DNA of 64,000 nt. It comes from Octopus sinensis (lineage: Eukaryota). Both the position numbers and the translations under genes were made by a program. The notes beneath the pieces were generated by a model that was not told the origin of the DNA, made no database searches, and saw nothing but the letters and a program-made list of their open reading frames with translations. This document shows, one piece after another, positions 25,912 to 39,176 of the stretch (position 1 is its first letter; every line of letters starts with the position of its first letter). Location of the stretch: NCBI RefSeq assembly GCF_006345805.1, contig NC_043025.1, positions 7,068,001-7,132,000 of the forward strand, written 5' to 3'.

Positions 25912-27585
25912 TTGAGTGAGAGAGCAGTGCATGCCATCAAAGTGACACTGGGGTACAAATATACAAAGCCCAATATACCCCATCATGACTACCCTGTCTG
26001 ATAAGAGTACACCAGGCACATGCATCACAACCATATGTGCGCGACATGGTAATCTCATATCAAGATAAACAGCGCATGACCTTGCAGGTGGGGCCCAGTT
26101 AGAATTTTCTTCAGGTTGAGTAGCCCATCCCACTCAAAAGGTCCCTGAATAAGGGTTGTTTAAGGATGTTGAAAGAACCACCCATGTTTCCAAAGGTGAA
26201 TTATTCAAACCCCAAAGAATCCCTCTCAACACATGGCTATGATGCTCCCCCACTACTTCTGCTCGTGATCAGAGATGCACATATCGTCAGCCACTAACGG
26301 ACATGCTCAACTGGTTAAGGTCAAACAACTGATAAGCAAATCTGTGGTATTGAGCAGAATATTTGCTGTAGCCCATCTTTTATACCCAGACAAAACAATG
26401 TACATGATAACACTTCCAATCATTTAAGATCAGAAGCCATGAGAGCCACTGCCTGGTACTGCATCAGGGCATTAGCAAATCTGTGGTATTGAGCAGAATA
26501 TTTGCTGTGGCCCATCTTTTATACCCAGACAAAACAATGTACATGATAACACTTCCAATCATTTAAGATCAGAAGCCATGAGAGCCACTGCCTGGAACTG
26601 CATCAGGGCATTAGCAAATCTGTGGTATTGAGCAGAATATTTATGTAGCCCATCTTTTATACCAAGACAAAACAATGTACATGATAACACTTCCAATCAT
26701 TTAAGATCAGAAGCCATGAGAGCCACTGCCTGGTACTGCATCAGGGCATTAGCAAATCTGTGGTATTGAGCAGAATATTTGCTGTAGTCCATCTTTTATA
26801 CCCAGACAAAACAATGTACATGATAACACTTCCAATCATTTAAGATCAGAAGCCATGAGAGCCACTGCCTGGTACTGCATCAGGGTATTAGCAAATCTGT
26901 GGTATTGAGCAGAATATTTGCTGTGGCCCATCTTTTATACCAAGACAAAACAATGTAAATGATAACATTTCCAATCATTTAAGATCAGAAGCCATGAGAG
27001 CCACTGCCTGGTACTGCATCAGGGCATTAGCAAATCTGTGGTATTGAGCAGAATATTTGCTGTAGCCCATCTTTTATACCCAGACAAAACAATGTACATG
27101 ATAACACTTCCAATCATTTAAGATTAGAAGCCATGAAAGCCACTGCCTGGTACTGCATCAGGGCATTAGCAAATCTGTGGTATTGAGCAGAATATTTGCT
27201 GTAGCCCATCTTTTATACCAAGACAAAACAATGTACATGATAACACTTCCAATCAGTTAAGATCAGAAGCCATGAAAGCCACTGCCTGGTACTGCATCAG
27301 GGCATTAGCAAATCTGTGGTATTGAGCAGAATATTTGCTGTAGCCCATCTTTTATACCAAGACAAAACAATGTACATGATAACACTTCCAATCAGTTACG
27401 ATCAGAAGCCATGAAAGCCACTGCCTGGTACTGCATCAGGGCATTAGCAAATCTGTGGTATTGAGCAGAATATTTGCTGTAGCCCACCTTTTATACCAAG
27501 ACAAAACAATGTACATGATAACACTTCCAGTCAGTTAAGATCAGAAGCCATGAGAGCCACTGCCTGATACTGCATCAGGGTATTT
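25912..27585. mobile_element. About 560-bp interspersed element with a terminal 139-bp segment repeated about 9 times
   Basis: Body shared with 39177-40050; period 139 (agcaaatctg at 26335, 26474, ...). Confidence 0.85.
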
Positions 27586-28725
27586 ATTATTATTATCATC
27601 ATTATTATTATTATTATTCTGGCAGAATTGTTAGCCCACTGGGCGAAATGCTTAGCAGTATTTCATCCATCCTTACATTCTGAGTTCAAATGCTGCCAAG
27701 GTTGATTTTGCCTTTTATTCTATTGGATTCAATAAAACAAGTACCAGCTGAACACTGGAGTTGATATAATTGTCATTCCCTTCTCCTGAAATTGCTGGCC
27801 TTGTGCCAAAATTTGAAATTATTGTTGTTGTTGTTTTTGAGTTCGCAGAATTGTGAGTATCGGAAAAATGCCTTGTTGTGTTATATCTGATGGTCCTTTA
27901 CATTTCAAGTTCAAATCATCTCAAGGTCCAGTTTGCCTTTCATCCGCTCAAGGTCACTAAATAAGGAACCCCTGTAAAGGAGAACCATTAGGACATTGAA
28001 CAGAAGTCCTTGCAGTATCTGTTCTGGTTCTTTACCTTCTGAGCTTGAATCCCACCATTGGCCTACATAGACAGTCATCTTAATCCGTCACTTGGTTCAA
28101 CCTTTTAGCATTTAAACTGACCGATACTGACCTAAATACTCCAGCTGTTTTATGCTCTCAAATTGGCCAGATTTGGCCTTTGATACCAACTGTAAAGTGT
28201 TGGAGGCGCAATGGCCCAGTGGTTAGGGCAGCGGACTCGCGGTCATAGGATCGCGGTTTCGATTCCCAGCCCAGGCGTTGTGAGTGTATATTGAGCGAAA
28301 ACACCTAAAAGCTCCACGAGGCTCCGGCAGGGGATGGTGGTGATCCCTGCTGTACTCTTTCACCACAACTTTCTCTCACTCTTACTTCCTGTTTCTGTTG
28401 TACCCTTATTTCAAGGGGCCAGCCTTGTCACTCTCTGTGTCACGCTGAATATCCCCCGAGAACTACGTTAAGGGTGCACGTGGGGACAAACAGAGGGAAC
28501 AAACAAGGACAGACAAACGGATTAAGTCGATTATATCGACCCCAGTGCGTAACTGGTACTTAATTTATCGACCCTGAAAAGATGAAAGGCAAAGTTGACA
28601 TCGGTGGAATTTGAACTCAGAACATAGCAGACGAAATACCATTAAGCATTTCACCTGGTGAGCTAACGTTTCTGCCAGCTCACCCCCTTTAAATATAAGA
28701 TATATTGAAATATCTATGAATATAT

Positions 28726-29134
28726 ACTCTCTTTTACTTGTTTCAGTCATTTGACTGCGGCCATGCTGGAGCACCGCCTTTTTAGTCGAGCAAATCGACT
28801 CCGGGACTTATTCTTTTTGTAAGCCCAGTACTTATTCTATCGGTCTCTTTTGCCGAACCGCTAAGTGACGGGGACATAAACACACCAGCATTGGTTGTCA
28901 AACAATGCTAGGGGGACAAACACAGACACAGAATCATATACACACACACTTATATATATATACATATATACGACAGGCTTTTTTCAGTTTCCGTCTACCA
29001 AATCCACTCACAAGGCATTGGTCGGCCCGGGGCTGTAGCAGAAGACACTTGCCCAAGATGCCACGCAGTGGGACTGAACCCGGAACCATGTGGTTGGTTA
29101 GCAAGCTACTTACCACACAGCCACTCCTGCGTCT
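28726..29134 (-). mobile_element. SINE family A, full length
   Basis: Reverse-complement match to the family consensus. Confidence 0.9.
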
Positions 29135-30491
29135 ATATGTATAAATATATATCTGGGTATGCGACAGTTTATCAGAAGACTCAGTACAAATGTAGAATAC
29201 TCTGTATTACATCATAACTGAAAAGCTCCAGTGAATATTTCAAAAGAAAAGCTGACTCAGTTTACTATCTGGTGATCAGAGATGAGTAATTCTGAGTACT
29301 AGAAATTGGTGCCTTTCTCTGTGTGTGTGATTGTCATCATCATCATCATCATCATCATCATTGTTTAATGTCCGCTTTCCGTGCTGGCATGGGTTGGATG
29401 GCAGAAACGTTAGCACGCTGGGTGAAATGCGTAACCGTGTTTCGTCGGCCGTTACGTTCTGAGTTCAAATTCCGCCGAGGTCGACTTTGCCTTTCATCCT
29501 TTCGGGATCGATAAATTAAGTACCAGTTACGCACTAGGGTCGATATAATCGACTTAATCCGTTTGTCCTCTCTGTGTTTAGCCCCTTGTGGGTAGTAAAG
29601 AAATAGCTATTTCGTCTGTGTTCTGAGTTCAAATTCCACCGAGGTCGACTTTGCCTTTCATCCTTTCGGGGTTGATAAATTAAGTACCAGTCACGCACTG
29701 GGGTCGATATAATCGACTTAATCCGTTTGTCTGTCCTTGTTTGTCCTCTTTGTGTTTAGCCCCTTGTGGGTAGTAAAGAAATAGCTATTTCGTCTGTGTT
29801 CTGAGTTCAAATTCCACCGAGGTCGACTTTGCCTTTCATCCTTTCGGGGTTGATAAATTAAGTACCAGTCACGCACTGGGGTCGATATAATCGACTTAAT
29901 CCGTTTGTCTGTCCTTGTTTGTTCCCTCTGTGTTTAGCCCCTTGTGGGTAGTAAAGAAATAGGTTTGATTGAGGACTGGCAAGGTTTCTACAAACTGGAT
30001 GCCCTTTCTAATGCCAACTACTCTGAGAGTGTGGTGGGTACTTTTTACATACAACTGGCAGGGGAACCAGGCAAGCAGCACTGGCATCAGTCATGCTCGA
30101 ATGGAGATATAGGCCTTAATCTGAACCAACAGGAACTCCAAACACTCCGAGAGTGTAGTGGGTGCTTTTACGTGCAACCAGCATGGGAGCCAGTCAGGTG
30201 GCACTGGCATCGACCACGCTCGAATGGTGCTTGCAGGACTTGCACCGGTCATGTTCGAATGGAGATATAGTTAATAATCTGAACAATAGGTACTCAAAAC
30301 ATGGTAGAGCACTTACATTATGATATGGGGACAGGGTCAAGATTTTACTACTTCCAGTTTCACCAGATAAATAGCATAATAATATGCAGCAATGTGTAAT
30401 AAAATGGTAATTCTTGCGAAAACCATCATCTCAATCTCTGTTGATCAAGCAGCTAGGTCCTGTCATGTTCAGTGTAAGTTAATGGTAAAAA

Positions 30492-30832
30492 CGCGAAGGC
30501 GCATAGCTCAGTGGTTAGAGCGTCGAGCTTACGATCGTGAGGTTGTGAGCTCGAATCCCGGACCGGGTTGCGTGTTGTGTTCTTGAGCAAGGCACTTCAT
30601 TTCACGTTGCTCCAGTTCACTCAGCTGTAGAAATGAGTTGCGACGTCACAGGTGCCAAGCTGTATCGACCTTTGTCTTTCCCTTGGATAACACTGATGGC
30701 GTGGAGAGGAGAGGCTGGTATGCATGGGCGACTGCTGGTCTTCCATAAACAACCTTGCCCGGACTTGTGCCTGGGAGGGCAACTTTCTAGGTGCAATCCC
30801 ATGGTCTGTGTCGTGACCGAAGGGGGTCTCCG
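30492..30832 (+). mobile_element. tRNA-derived SINE family B
   Basis: Same consensus; 11-bp TSD aatggtaaaaa. Confidence 0.9.
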
Positions 30833-31271
30833 AATGGTAAAAAGATAAGTTATAAATATTATTTTCCTTGGTCCAATCATAAGCGATATTTTAAATGCAT
30901 TCTACTATTTTTACAATGTCGTTAGTTAATTAGTTGTGAAACAGATGAGTTGGTGGTCCTGTGCATACAAACTAGCTGCACAGAGATGATGTTTAGTCCT
31001 ACCCCTTCTGCAAGGAGTTATGTGGAAATGTATGTGGTCCTGGATGGTTTTCCTACCCGAAAAGTTATTTCTTCAGATAGATCTATTCCATTTGGGTTTG
31101 CCAGAATTATAACGAAATACTTGTGAAAGTGGCTGCTTCTGCTATTTGCTTCGTGCGCAGACAGGATGGGATGCCGAATGCACTTTTGCTGAAGAGCAAG
31201 AAGCTGAAACCAAGAAACAAAACGGACACAATAATAAAAAAAGAAATACATTCCTACTTACATAGTTTATT

Positions 31272-31698
31272 CTTTTACTCTTTTACTCTTTTACTTGTTT
31301 CAGTCATTTGACTGCGGCCATGCTGGAGCACCGCATTTAGTCGAGCAAATCGACCCCGGGACTTATTCTTTGTAAGCCCAGTACTTATTCTATCAGTCTC
31401 TTTTGTCGAACCGCCAAGTGACGGGGACGTAAACACACCAGCATCGGTTGTCAAGCAATGCTAGGGGGACAAACACAGACACACAAACACACACACGCAT
31501 ACACACACATACATATATATATATATACATATATACGACAGGCTTCTTTCAGTTTCTGTCTACCAAATCCACTCACAAGGCTTTGGTCGGCCCGAGGCTA
31601 TAGCAGAAGACACTTGCCCAAGATGCTACGCAGTGGGACTGAACCCGGAACCATGTGGTTGGTAAGCAAGCTACTTACCACACAGCCACTCGTGCGCC
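31272..31698 (-). mobile_element. SINE family A, full length
   Basis: Reverse-complement match to the family consensus. Confidence 0.9.
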
Positions 31699-32029
31699 TA
31701 TATTTAATGACTGATTTACCAATTTGGCACTTAAGATTTAACGAGATTAAATTTTAATTTTCATGTGTCTTTTTGGTATCTTGTTCATTCTGCTTTGTGT
31801 CCATTCAGCTTTTTGGCCTTGGCTTCTTGTCTTTTGGCAAAAGCACATTCGGCGTCCCACCGGCACAAGTACCATGTACATGACACTAGCATTGGGCACA
31901 TCTGTGATTCCACTTGGCTTGACGGGTCTTCTCAAGCACAGCATATTGCTCAACATGTGCAGGGTGCTTATTATGAGCCACCAGCATGAGCACTAGTTGC
32001 ATGACACTGGCATCGGCCACGGCTGTGAT

Positions 32030-34250
32030 TTCACTTGGTTTGATGGGTCTTCTCAAGCATAGCATATCACCAAAGGTCTCAGTTACATGTCATTGCTTCC
32101 ATGAGGCCCAATGTTTGAAGATCAGGCTTCATCACCTCGTCTCATACCTATTTCTTTACTACCCACAAGGGGCTAAACACAGAGGAGACAAACAGGGATA
32201 GACAAAGGGATTAAGTCGATTACATCGACCCCAGTGCGTAACTGGTACTTATTTAATCGACCCCGAAAGGATGAAAGGCAAAGTCGACCTCGGCGAAATT
32301 TGTACTCAGAACAAACAAGGACAGACAAACGGATTAAGTTGATTACATCAACCCCAGTGCGTAACTGGTACTTAATTTATCGACCCCGAAAGGATGAAAG
32401 GCAAAGTTGACCTCGGCGGAATTTGAACTCAGAACATAGCGGCAGATGAAATACCTATTTCTTTACTACCCACAAGGGGCTAAACACAGAGGGGACAAAC
32501 ATGGACCAGACATAGGTATTAAGTCGATTACATCGACTCCAGTGCGTAACTGGTACTTAATTTATCGACCCCAAAAGGATGAAAGGCAAAGTCGACCTCG
32601 GCGGTATTTGAACTCAGAACGTAGCGGCAGATGAAATACCACTAAGCATTTCACCTGGTGTGCTAATGTTACTTATTTCTTTACTACCCACAAGGGGCTA
32701 CACACAGGGGGGGTCAAACAAGGACAGACAAACGGATTAAATCGATTACATCGACCCCAGTACGTGACTGGTACTTAATTTATCGACCCCGAAAGGATGA
32801 AAGGCAAAGTCGACCTTTGAACCTCGTCTCATGTCTTCCTGGGTCTACCCCTTCCACAGGCTCCCTCCACAGTTAGGGATCGACACTTCTTGTTTGAGCT
32901 GTCCTCATCCATACACATCACATGACCGTACCAGCACAGTCGTCTCTCCAGCACCCCACATCTAATGCCTCTTATGCTCGTTTCTCTCTGAAGATTCACC
33001 GTCCTATGTACACACTGACACTACCGATCCAGTGGAGCATACTAGCTTCATTTTTTCAAATGTACAATCTGCCTTTGTTACCAGCAGAGGTAGGAGCTCT
33101 CTGAACTTTGCACAACCTATTCTTATTCTAGGGGCTACACTCTTGGAACATCCACCTCTGCTACTGACTTGGTCACCTAGGTAACAGAAACTATCAGCTT
33201 CTCGTAATTTTCCCCACTGCACCTCTGCTACTGACTTGGTCACCTAGGTAACAGAAACTATCAGCTTCTCGTAATTTTCCCCACTGCACCTCTGCTACTG
33301 ACTTGGTCACCTAGGTAACAGAAACTATCAGCTTCTCGTAGTTTTCCCCACTGCACCTCTGCTACTGACTTGGTCACCTAGGTAACAGAAAGCATCAGCT
33401 TCTTGTAGTTTTCCCCTCTGGCATTTGATACATATTTCTCCTGCAGTTGCCTAACCAGGAATATAGCACCAGTTGTGCTCCTGCCTGACACAAATGCGAA
33501 CTGCATCTCACCTACATTAACCCTCTCCCTAATTAATTGAGCTATGGCCCTTTCTGTGACTCTCCATCACCTGGTCCAGCAGTTTGATGCCTCTAATTAT
33601 TCCTGTCTAAGGTGTCAGCTTTGCCTTTGTAGCAGTTAATTGTAGTACTGCTACACCAATTGTTGGGTATGACTCCCTCATGAACCACCTGATTTACAAT
33701 ACGGGGCCAGTGAAATCGGAATCGAAATTGAACCAATCCTATGACTGGCACCCGGCAGATGCCAGGACCCCTGGACTGGAGATACGTAAAAAGCACTATC
33801 CGAATCGTGGCCGAAGCCAGTGCCGCCTCGACTGGCTTCCGTGCAGGTGGCACGTAAAATGCACCAATCCGACTGTGGCCGATGGCAGCCTCGCCTGGCA
33901 CCAGTGCAGGTGGCACGTAAAAAGCACCCACTACACTCACGGAGTGGTTGGCGTTAGGAAGGGCATCCAGCTGTAGAAACACTGCCAGATCAGACTGGAG
34001 CCTGGTGCAGCCTTCTGGCTTCCCAGACCCCAGTTGAACCGTCCAACCCATGCTAGCATGGAGAACGGACGTTAAACGAAGGAGAGAAGGAGAGAGTGGC
34101 TAGACCATAACTCACACCGCCAGATATTTTAAGCAAGCATCTCAGTGGAGATTCCTGATGGGCTGGGGGTTTCCCTGTCTTCATGTCCTTAATTGCTTTA
34201 TCTACTAAGCTACTGTCATTTCGGATAGCTGGTTGGGTCAACATTTGGCA
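32030..34250 (-). mobile_element. Internally deleted RTE-clade LINE, interrupted by SINEs
   Basis: Ordered RT remnants: AIKDMKTGK, GVIPNNWCSS..CYKGKAD, DSFCYLGD...RIRIGCAKFRELLPLL (64-bp segment repeated), RLCWYGHV...GRGRPRKT. Confidence 0.85.
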
Positions 34251-34352
34251 GATTGTTCCTATAAATTGTTTTTTATACATTCTACGAACTGCTTGAATCT
34301 TACTAGCTTCTTACACTTAGATCCTTAAATCTTACAATTATATATTAATATA

Positions 34353-34545
34353 TTTCTCCGTCCGGGTTGCGGACCGTGGAATAAGCTGCCGGACGAGATA
34401 GTGAAGATGCCGACGACCGCTCGGTTCAAAGTCTCTCTTGACCAGAAATGGCCTGAACACCACCCTGTACATAACTCCATGTCCCCCTACATGGCCTTGC
34501 TTTTTGCTTTTTGAGCCAAAAAATTTAACTTAACTTAACTAACTT
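34353..34545 (+). mobile_element. CR1/L2-clade LINE 3' end
   Basis: FSVRV.(frameshift)PWNKLPDEIV..PT..RFK.SLD..W followed by a (taact)n tail. Confidence 0.75.
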
Positions 34546-34584
34546 ATATATGTGTGTATGTATGTATGTATGTGTGTATATATG

Positions 34585-34992
34585 TGTGGAGAACTTGTGA
34601 ATGGAAGGAGACTCCGGCAGAAACCAAGGCTGCGATTTAAGGACTGTGTCAAGTCCTCATTAAAGGCCTGTGATATGCAGGACACTGACTGGGAGAACAA
34701 TGCCTGTCATCGCCACAGATGGAGGAAGCAGGTTAAGGAGGGGATCGACACTTTTGAGAGAGCACGTATCCAGCATGAAGAACTTAAGCGAGCTGCGCGA
34801 AAGCGCACGGCTCGTATAGTGAATGGGGAAAGTTTGGTCTGCAATGTTTGCAGTTGTGTATGCTTGTCAAGAGCAGGGCTCATTAGCCACCAACGGAGCT
34901 GCAAATGCAAAATATAAGTTAGTCCTAGAGTGCACAATGTTCCTGAAGGTCAGCAATGGTCTTCCTCGGTCACGAGTGGACGGCCATCATAT
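34585..34992 (+). mobile_element. RTE (BovB-like) LINE 3' end, 5'-truncated, open frame
   Basis: GELVNGRR..QKPRLRFKDCVK...WE..A.HR.RWR...CNVC..VCLSRAGLISHQRSC terminal zinc-finger motif typical of RTE ORFs. Confidence 0.88.
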
Positions 34993-35433
34993 ATAAATAC
35001 TGTTGAATTTTACTCATAAGGTATTGGAATCTTACATATACCATTCTGCCTAAAAAATAGATCTACAAATTCAATATCCCTACATATCTCACATCTATTT
35101 TCTTTCCTCCACCCCACTCTCTATTTTGTCATCATCATTTAGCGTCCGCTTTCCATGCTAGCATGGGTTGGACGGGTCAACTGGGGTCTGTGAAGCTGGA
35201 AGGCTTCGTCAGGCCCAGTCAGATCTGGCAGTGTTTCTACGGCTGGATGCCCTTCCTAACGCCAACCACTCCGCGAGTGTAGTGGGTGTTTTTTACGTGC
35301 CACCTGCACAGGTGCCAGACAGAGCTGGCGAACGGCCATGAACGGATGGTGCTTTTACGTGTCACCGGCACGGGGCCAGGCGATGCTGGCAATCCTATCT
35401 AAATTAATTATTACTTAACTATCCTCTCACACC

Positions 35434-35485
35434 GTCTCTGATGAAGGGATATAATTGATAAATATCCTGGAAACAGGTGTAAGAC
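35434..35485 (+). ncRNA. Type I hammerhead motif with A.G at the base of stem II, sense strand in a PBRM1 intron
   Basis: GUCU CUGAUGA A GGGAUAU(9)AUAUCCU G GAAA CAGGUG UA|AGAC. Confidence 0.7.
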
Positions 35486-35562
35486 CATCTATCTATAGAT
35501 GTTCTAATATCTACACAGCCTTGGTTTTTCATCTTATTACGCAAAAAAATTCTTATATATAT

Positions 35563-35728
35563 AGGCGCAGGAGTGGCTGTGTGGTAAGTAGCTTGTTTAC
35601 CTACCACATGGTTCCGGGTTCAGTCCCACTGCGTGGCACCTTGGGCAAGTGTCTTCTACTATAGCCTCAGGTCAACCAAAGCCTTGTGAGTGGATTTGGT
35701 AGACGGAAACTGAAAGGAGCCCATCGTA

Positions 35729-35779
<51 letters not shown>

Positions 35780-35981
35780 TTGTGTCTGTGTTTGTCCCCC
35801 TAGCATTGCTTGACAACCAATGGTGGTGTGTTTATGTCCCCGTTACTTAGCGGTTCGGCAAAAGAGACCGATAGAATAAGTACTGGGCTTACAAAAGAAT
35901 AAGTCCCGGGGTCGAGTTGCTCGATTAAAGGCGGTGCTCCAGCATGGCCGCAGTCAAATGACTGAAACAAGTAAAAGAGTA
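35563..35981 (+). mobile_element. SINE family A, full length (further + copies about 36358-36795, 37227-37612)
   Basis: Match to the family consensus. Confidence 0.9.
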
Positions 35982-36522
35982 ATATATATATACAAGTCCT
36001 TTGAGCTGATTCTCTGAGGCGGAATATTAACAGCTAGTACAGTTTCAAGTCTATACTCATAAATATTAAATGTTCTCCCACCCTCATCACAGCATCACCG
36101 TCTTCTCCACTCCTTTTTTCTCTCTCCTTCTCCTCTCCCTCTTTCCTTTCCCCCTCCCCTTCTCTCCCACATATCTTCCCATTTCCCCTCCCCCCCCACC
36201 TGGGGTAGGTAGCCAGGCTTCCCTACTAATGCACGATGCCTTTTTCTGTCCCTCACTGCTATTCCCTACCTTGGTTGAAGTGTCGCGTCCCTGCAAGTCA
36301 TTTGGGGGACCTCACCAGTGCTGATGCCAAGCAAAAAAAAAAAAAAAAAGAATGAAAGGTGCAGGAGTGGCTGTGTGGTAAGTAGCTTGCTTACCAACCA
36401 CATGGTTCCGGGTTCAGTCCCACTGCATGGCACCTTGGGCAAGTGTCTTCTACTATAGCCTCGGGCCGACCAATGCCTTGTGAGTGGATTTGGTAGGCGG
36501 AAACTGAAAGAAGCCCGTCGGA

Positions 36523-36573
<51 letters not shown>

Positions 36574-37608
36574 ATGTGCTTGTGTGTCTGTGTTTGTCTC
36601 CCTAGCATTGCTTGACAATCGATGCTGGTGTGTTTACGTCCCCGTTACTTAGCGGTTCGGCAAAAGAGACCGATAGAATAAGTACTGGGCTTACAAAAGA
36701 GTAAGTCCCGGGGTCGAGTTGCTCGATTAAAGGCGGTGCTCCAGCATGGCCACAGTCAAATAACTGAAACTAGTAAAAGAGTAAAGAGTAAAGAAAAAAA
36801 GCATCCAGTATATTCTGGGTGGATGTTGCGAGTGGTTGGCATTAATAAGGGTGTCCGGCTGTAGAAACCATGCTGAAGCAAACAGCAGAGGGTCAGCAGA
36901 GGGTCAGCTTCATGCTAGTTGACAAGAGGGATTACTCTGAGAAGGGTGGCGGGAGCATTTCAAGTTCTGGTAGAGGGATCTACTTGGCTACTCACACCTA
37001 GTAGGGGGAGAAAAAAGGAAAGGAGGAGAAAATGATCAGAGAGAGAGAGAGAGAGTGAGAGAAAAAGAGAAAGACAGACAGTGACAGAGAGAGAGACAGA
37101 CTGACAGTAACAGAGAGAGAGAAAGAGGAGAGAGAGAGAGAGATTACTGTTGTTTATTAATTAAGCGTGTATGACATAAATGTTTTCTCTCTTCATACAC
37201 CTGAAAACATATATATATATATATATGGAGTGGCTGTGTGGTAAGTAGCTTGCTTACCAACCACATGGTTCCAGGTTCAGTCCCACTGCGCGGCATCTTA
37301 GGCAAGTGTCTTCTGCTATAGCCTCGGGCCGACCAATGCCTTGCGAGTGGATTTGGTAGATGGAAACTGAAAGAAGCCTGTTGTATATATGTATATGTAT
37401 GTGTGTGTATGTGTTTGTGTGTGTTTATCCCCCTAGCATTGCTTGACAACCGATGCTGGTGTGTTTACATCCCCGTCACTTAGCGGTTCGGCAAAAGAGA
37501 CTGATAGAATAGAAAAGAGACAAAAAGAAAAAGTCTCGGGGTCGATTTGCTCGACTAAAGGCAGTGCTCCAGCATGGCCGCAGTCAAATGACTGAAACAA
37601 GTAAAAGA

Positions 37609-37650
<42 letters not shown>

Positions 37651-37818
37651 ACTTATGTGCATGTGTGTGTGTCTAAGATATTTTTTGTGAATTTTTCTTG
37701 GCTTATTTTATATATATATATTTTTTCGTTTTCTTCTTCACCACCATCATTATCATCATGATCAGCATCATCATCATCATCCTAAACATTTATGCCATTT
37801 TGTTCTTGTTCTCATTAG

Positions 37819-37998
37819 AAAATGGACCGTGACAGCTGGGATGACGAACAGACGCCACGAAGCCTGAAGTCTCGCAAGAGTCTGCTCGGTTCCGGTGATT
37901 TCGAGAAAAAGAAACTGCTGCGAAGAAGCAATGCTGTTACAGAGAACACTCTTCAGAAACGCCTTTGGGCGCTCTACAAATCTGTTTACGATTTCTGT
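37819..37998 (+). CDS. PBRM1: Polybromo-1 exon, BD3-BD4 linker and start of BD4 (KMDRDSWDD...QKRLWALYKSVYDFC)
   Basis: cattag| and |gtaagt, 180 nt, phase 0-0. Confidence 0.9.
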
Positions 37999-38094
37999 GT
38001 AAGTACTACCCTAGCGTGCGCTTACGCATGCATTTGTGCAACGCATTGGTTGGTGGTCAGGGTGTTGCACTTGTTATGATATGGTTGTGGTTTC

Positions 38095-38512
38095 GGATCT
38101 TTTCGGTTTGAACGGCAGTTTTTTCTAGCGGTGTCATATGAAATTGTCATCCATAATTATGACCCTAGTATCGATCTATTGCATTTCAATCTGTTTTAGG
38201 GTTTGGGGTGGGGGGAGGGGTATCTTTTTTTCCTTCAGAAATGTAAATAAACCCAATCTGTTTCTTAAACGAGGGACATAGTCATACGGCACAGAATGTT
38301 ATTTACCTCAATGGACATCATTGATTGGTTGAAATTGCAGAAATTGAAAGGAAAAAAGAAACAGCAAATATCTTACAAACTATAGAATTTTCTCAATAAA
38401 GCCAAGAGAAAAAAGATGTTTTATAAACACATTATACCAGTATACGAAGTTTAAAAGTGTTTTGTTATGGGGAAATTATTTTTAAAAACTGCCCTTCAAA
38501 CCGAAAAGATCT
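38095..38512. mobile_element. Non-autonomous DNA transposon, 8-bp TSD (superfamily unresolved)
   Basis: About 28-bp TIRs ggatcttttcggtttgaacggcagtttt; TSD gtggtttc; second copy at 56841-57245. Confidence 0.85.
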
Positions 38513-39176
38513 GTGGTTTCAATTCCTGGACTGGGAAATGTGTTGTGTTCTTGGGCCAAACACTTCATTCCATGTTGCTCTACTTCACTCATGTGGAAAT
38601 GAGTTCCAGCAATAATAGCTGGGGAGTTACCTCTGTGATGGACTAACATCCCATCCAGGAGATGTGGAGTGTTGTGATCTCGGTCACTTGTGTGGTATAG
38701 AAACTGGTTTAAACTCTGACCTTATGAATCCTAGGACTCATGACAGACCAAAGTAGGTGTGTGTCTCATATTGTGTGAGGGTCATACTGCCAACAAATAC
38801 ATTCACTGGATTGGGTCCACTTCAGTTTTTTTTCTAGTCAAAAGTTTTCATCACACATCCGTGATCGTTTCCAATGATTTAAAATCCTGTAACTTGTGCT
38901 TTGTTTGGCATTATAATTCTCACAAGTTACTATATATATATTTGTGTTTGTATGTGTGAATTGATAGCATGCTGGGCAAAATTCTTTGTGGAATTTCACC
39001 TGTCTTTACTTTGTGAATTCAGATTCTGCTGAGGTTAACTTTGACTTTTGTGCTTTCGGGGTCGATAAAATAGTACCTGTTAAGCACGGGGATCAGTGTA
39101 ATCAACTCAACCCCTACTCCAAAATAGCTGGCCTTGTGCCAAATTTTAAAATAATTTTTATTATTATTATTATTAT

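Noticed and set aside
31183-31225. CTGAAGA-GC..GC-T-GAAA hammerhead-like string (similar one near 22355-22390)
   Set aside because: No UH triplet here and no intact core in the other; too degenerate to call
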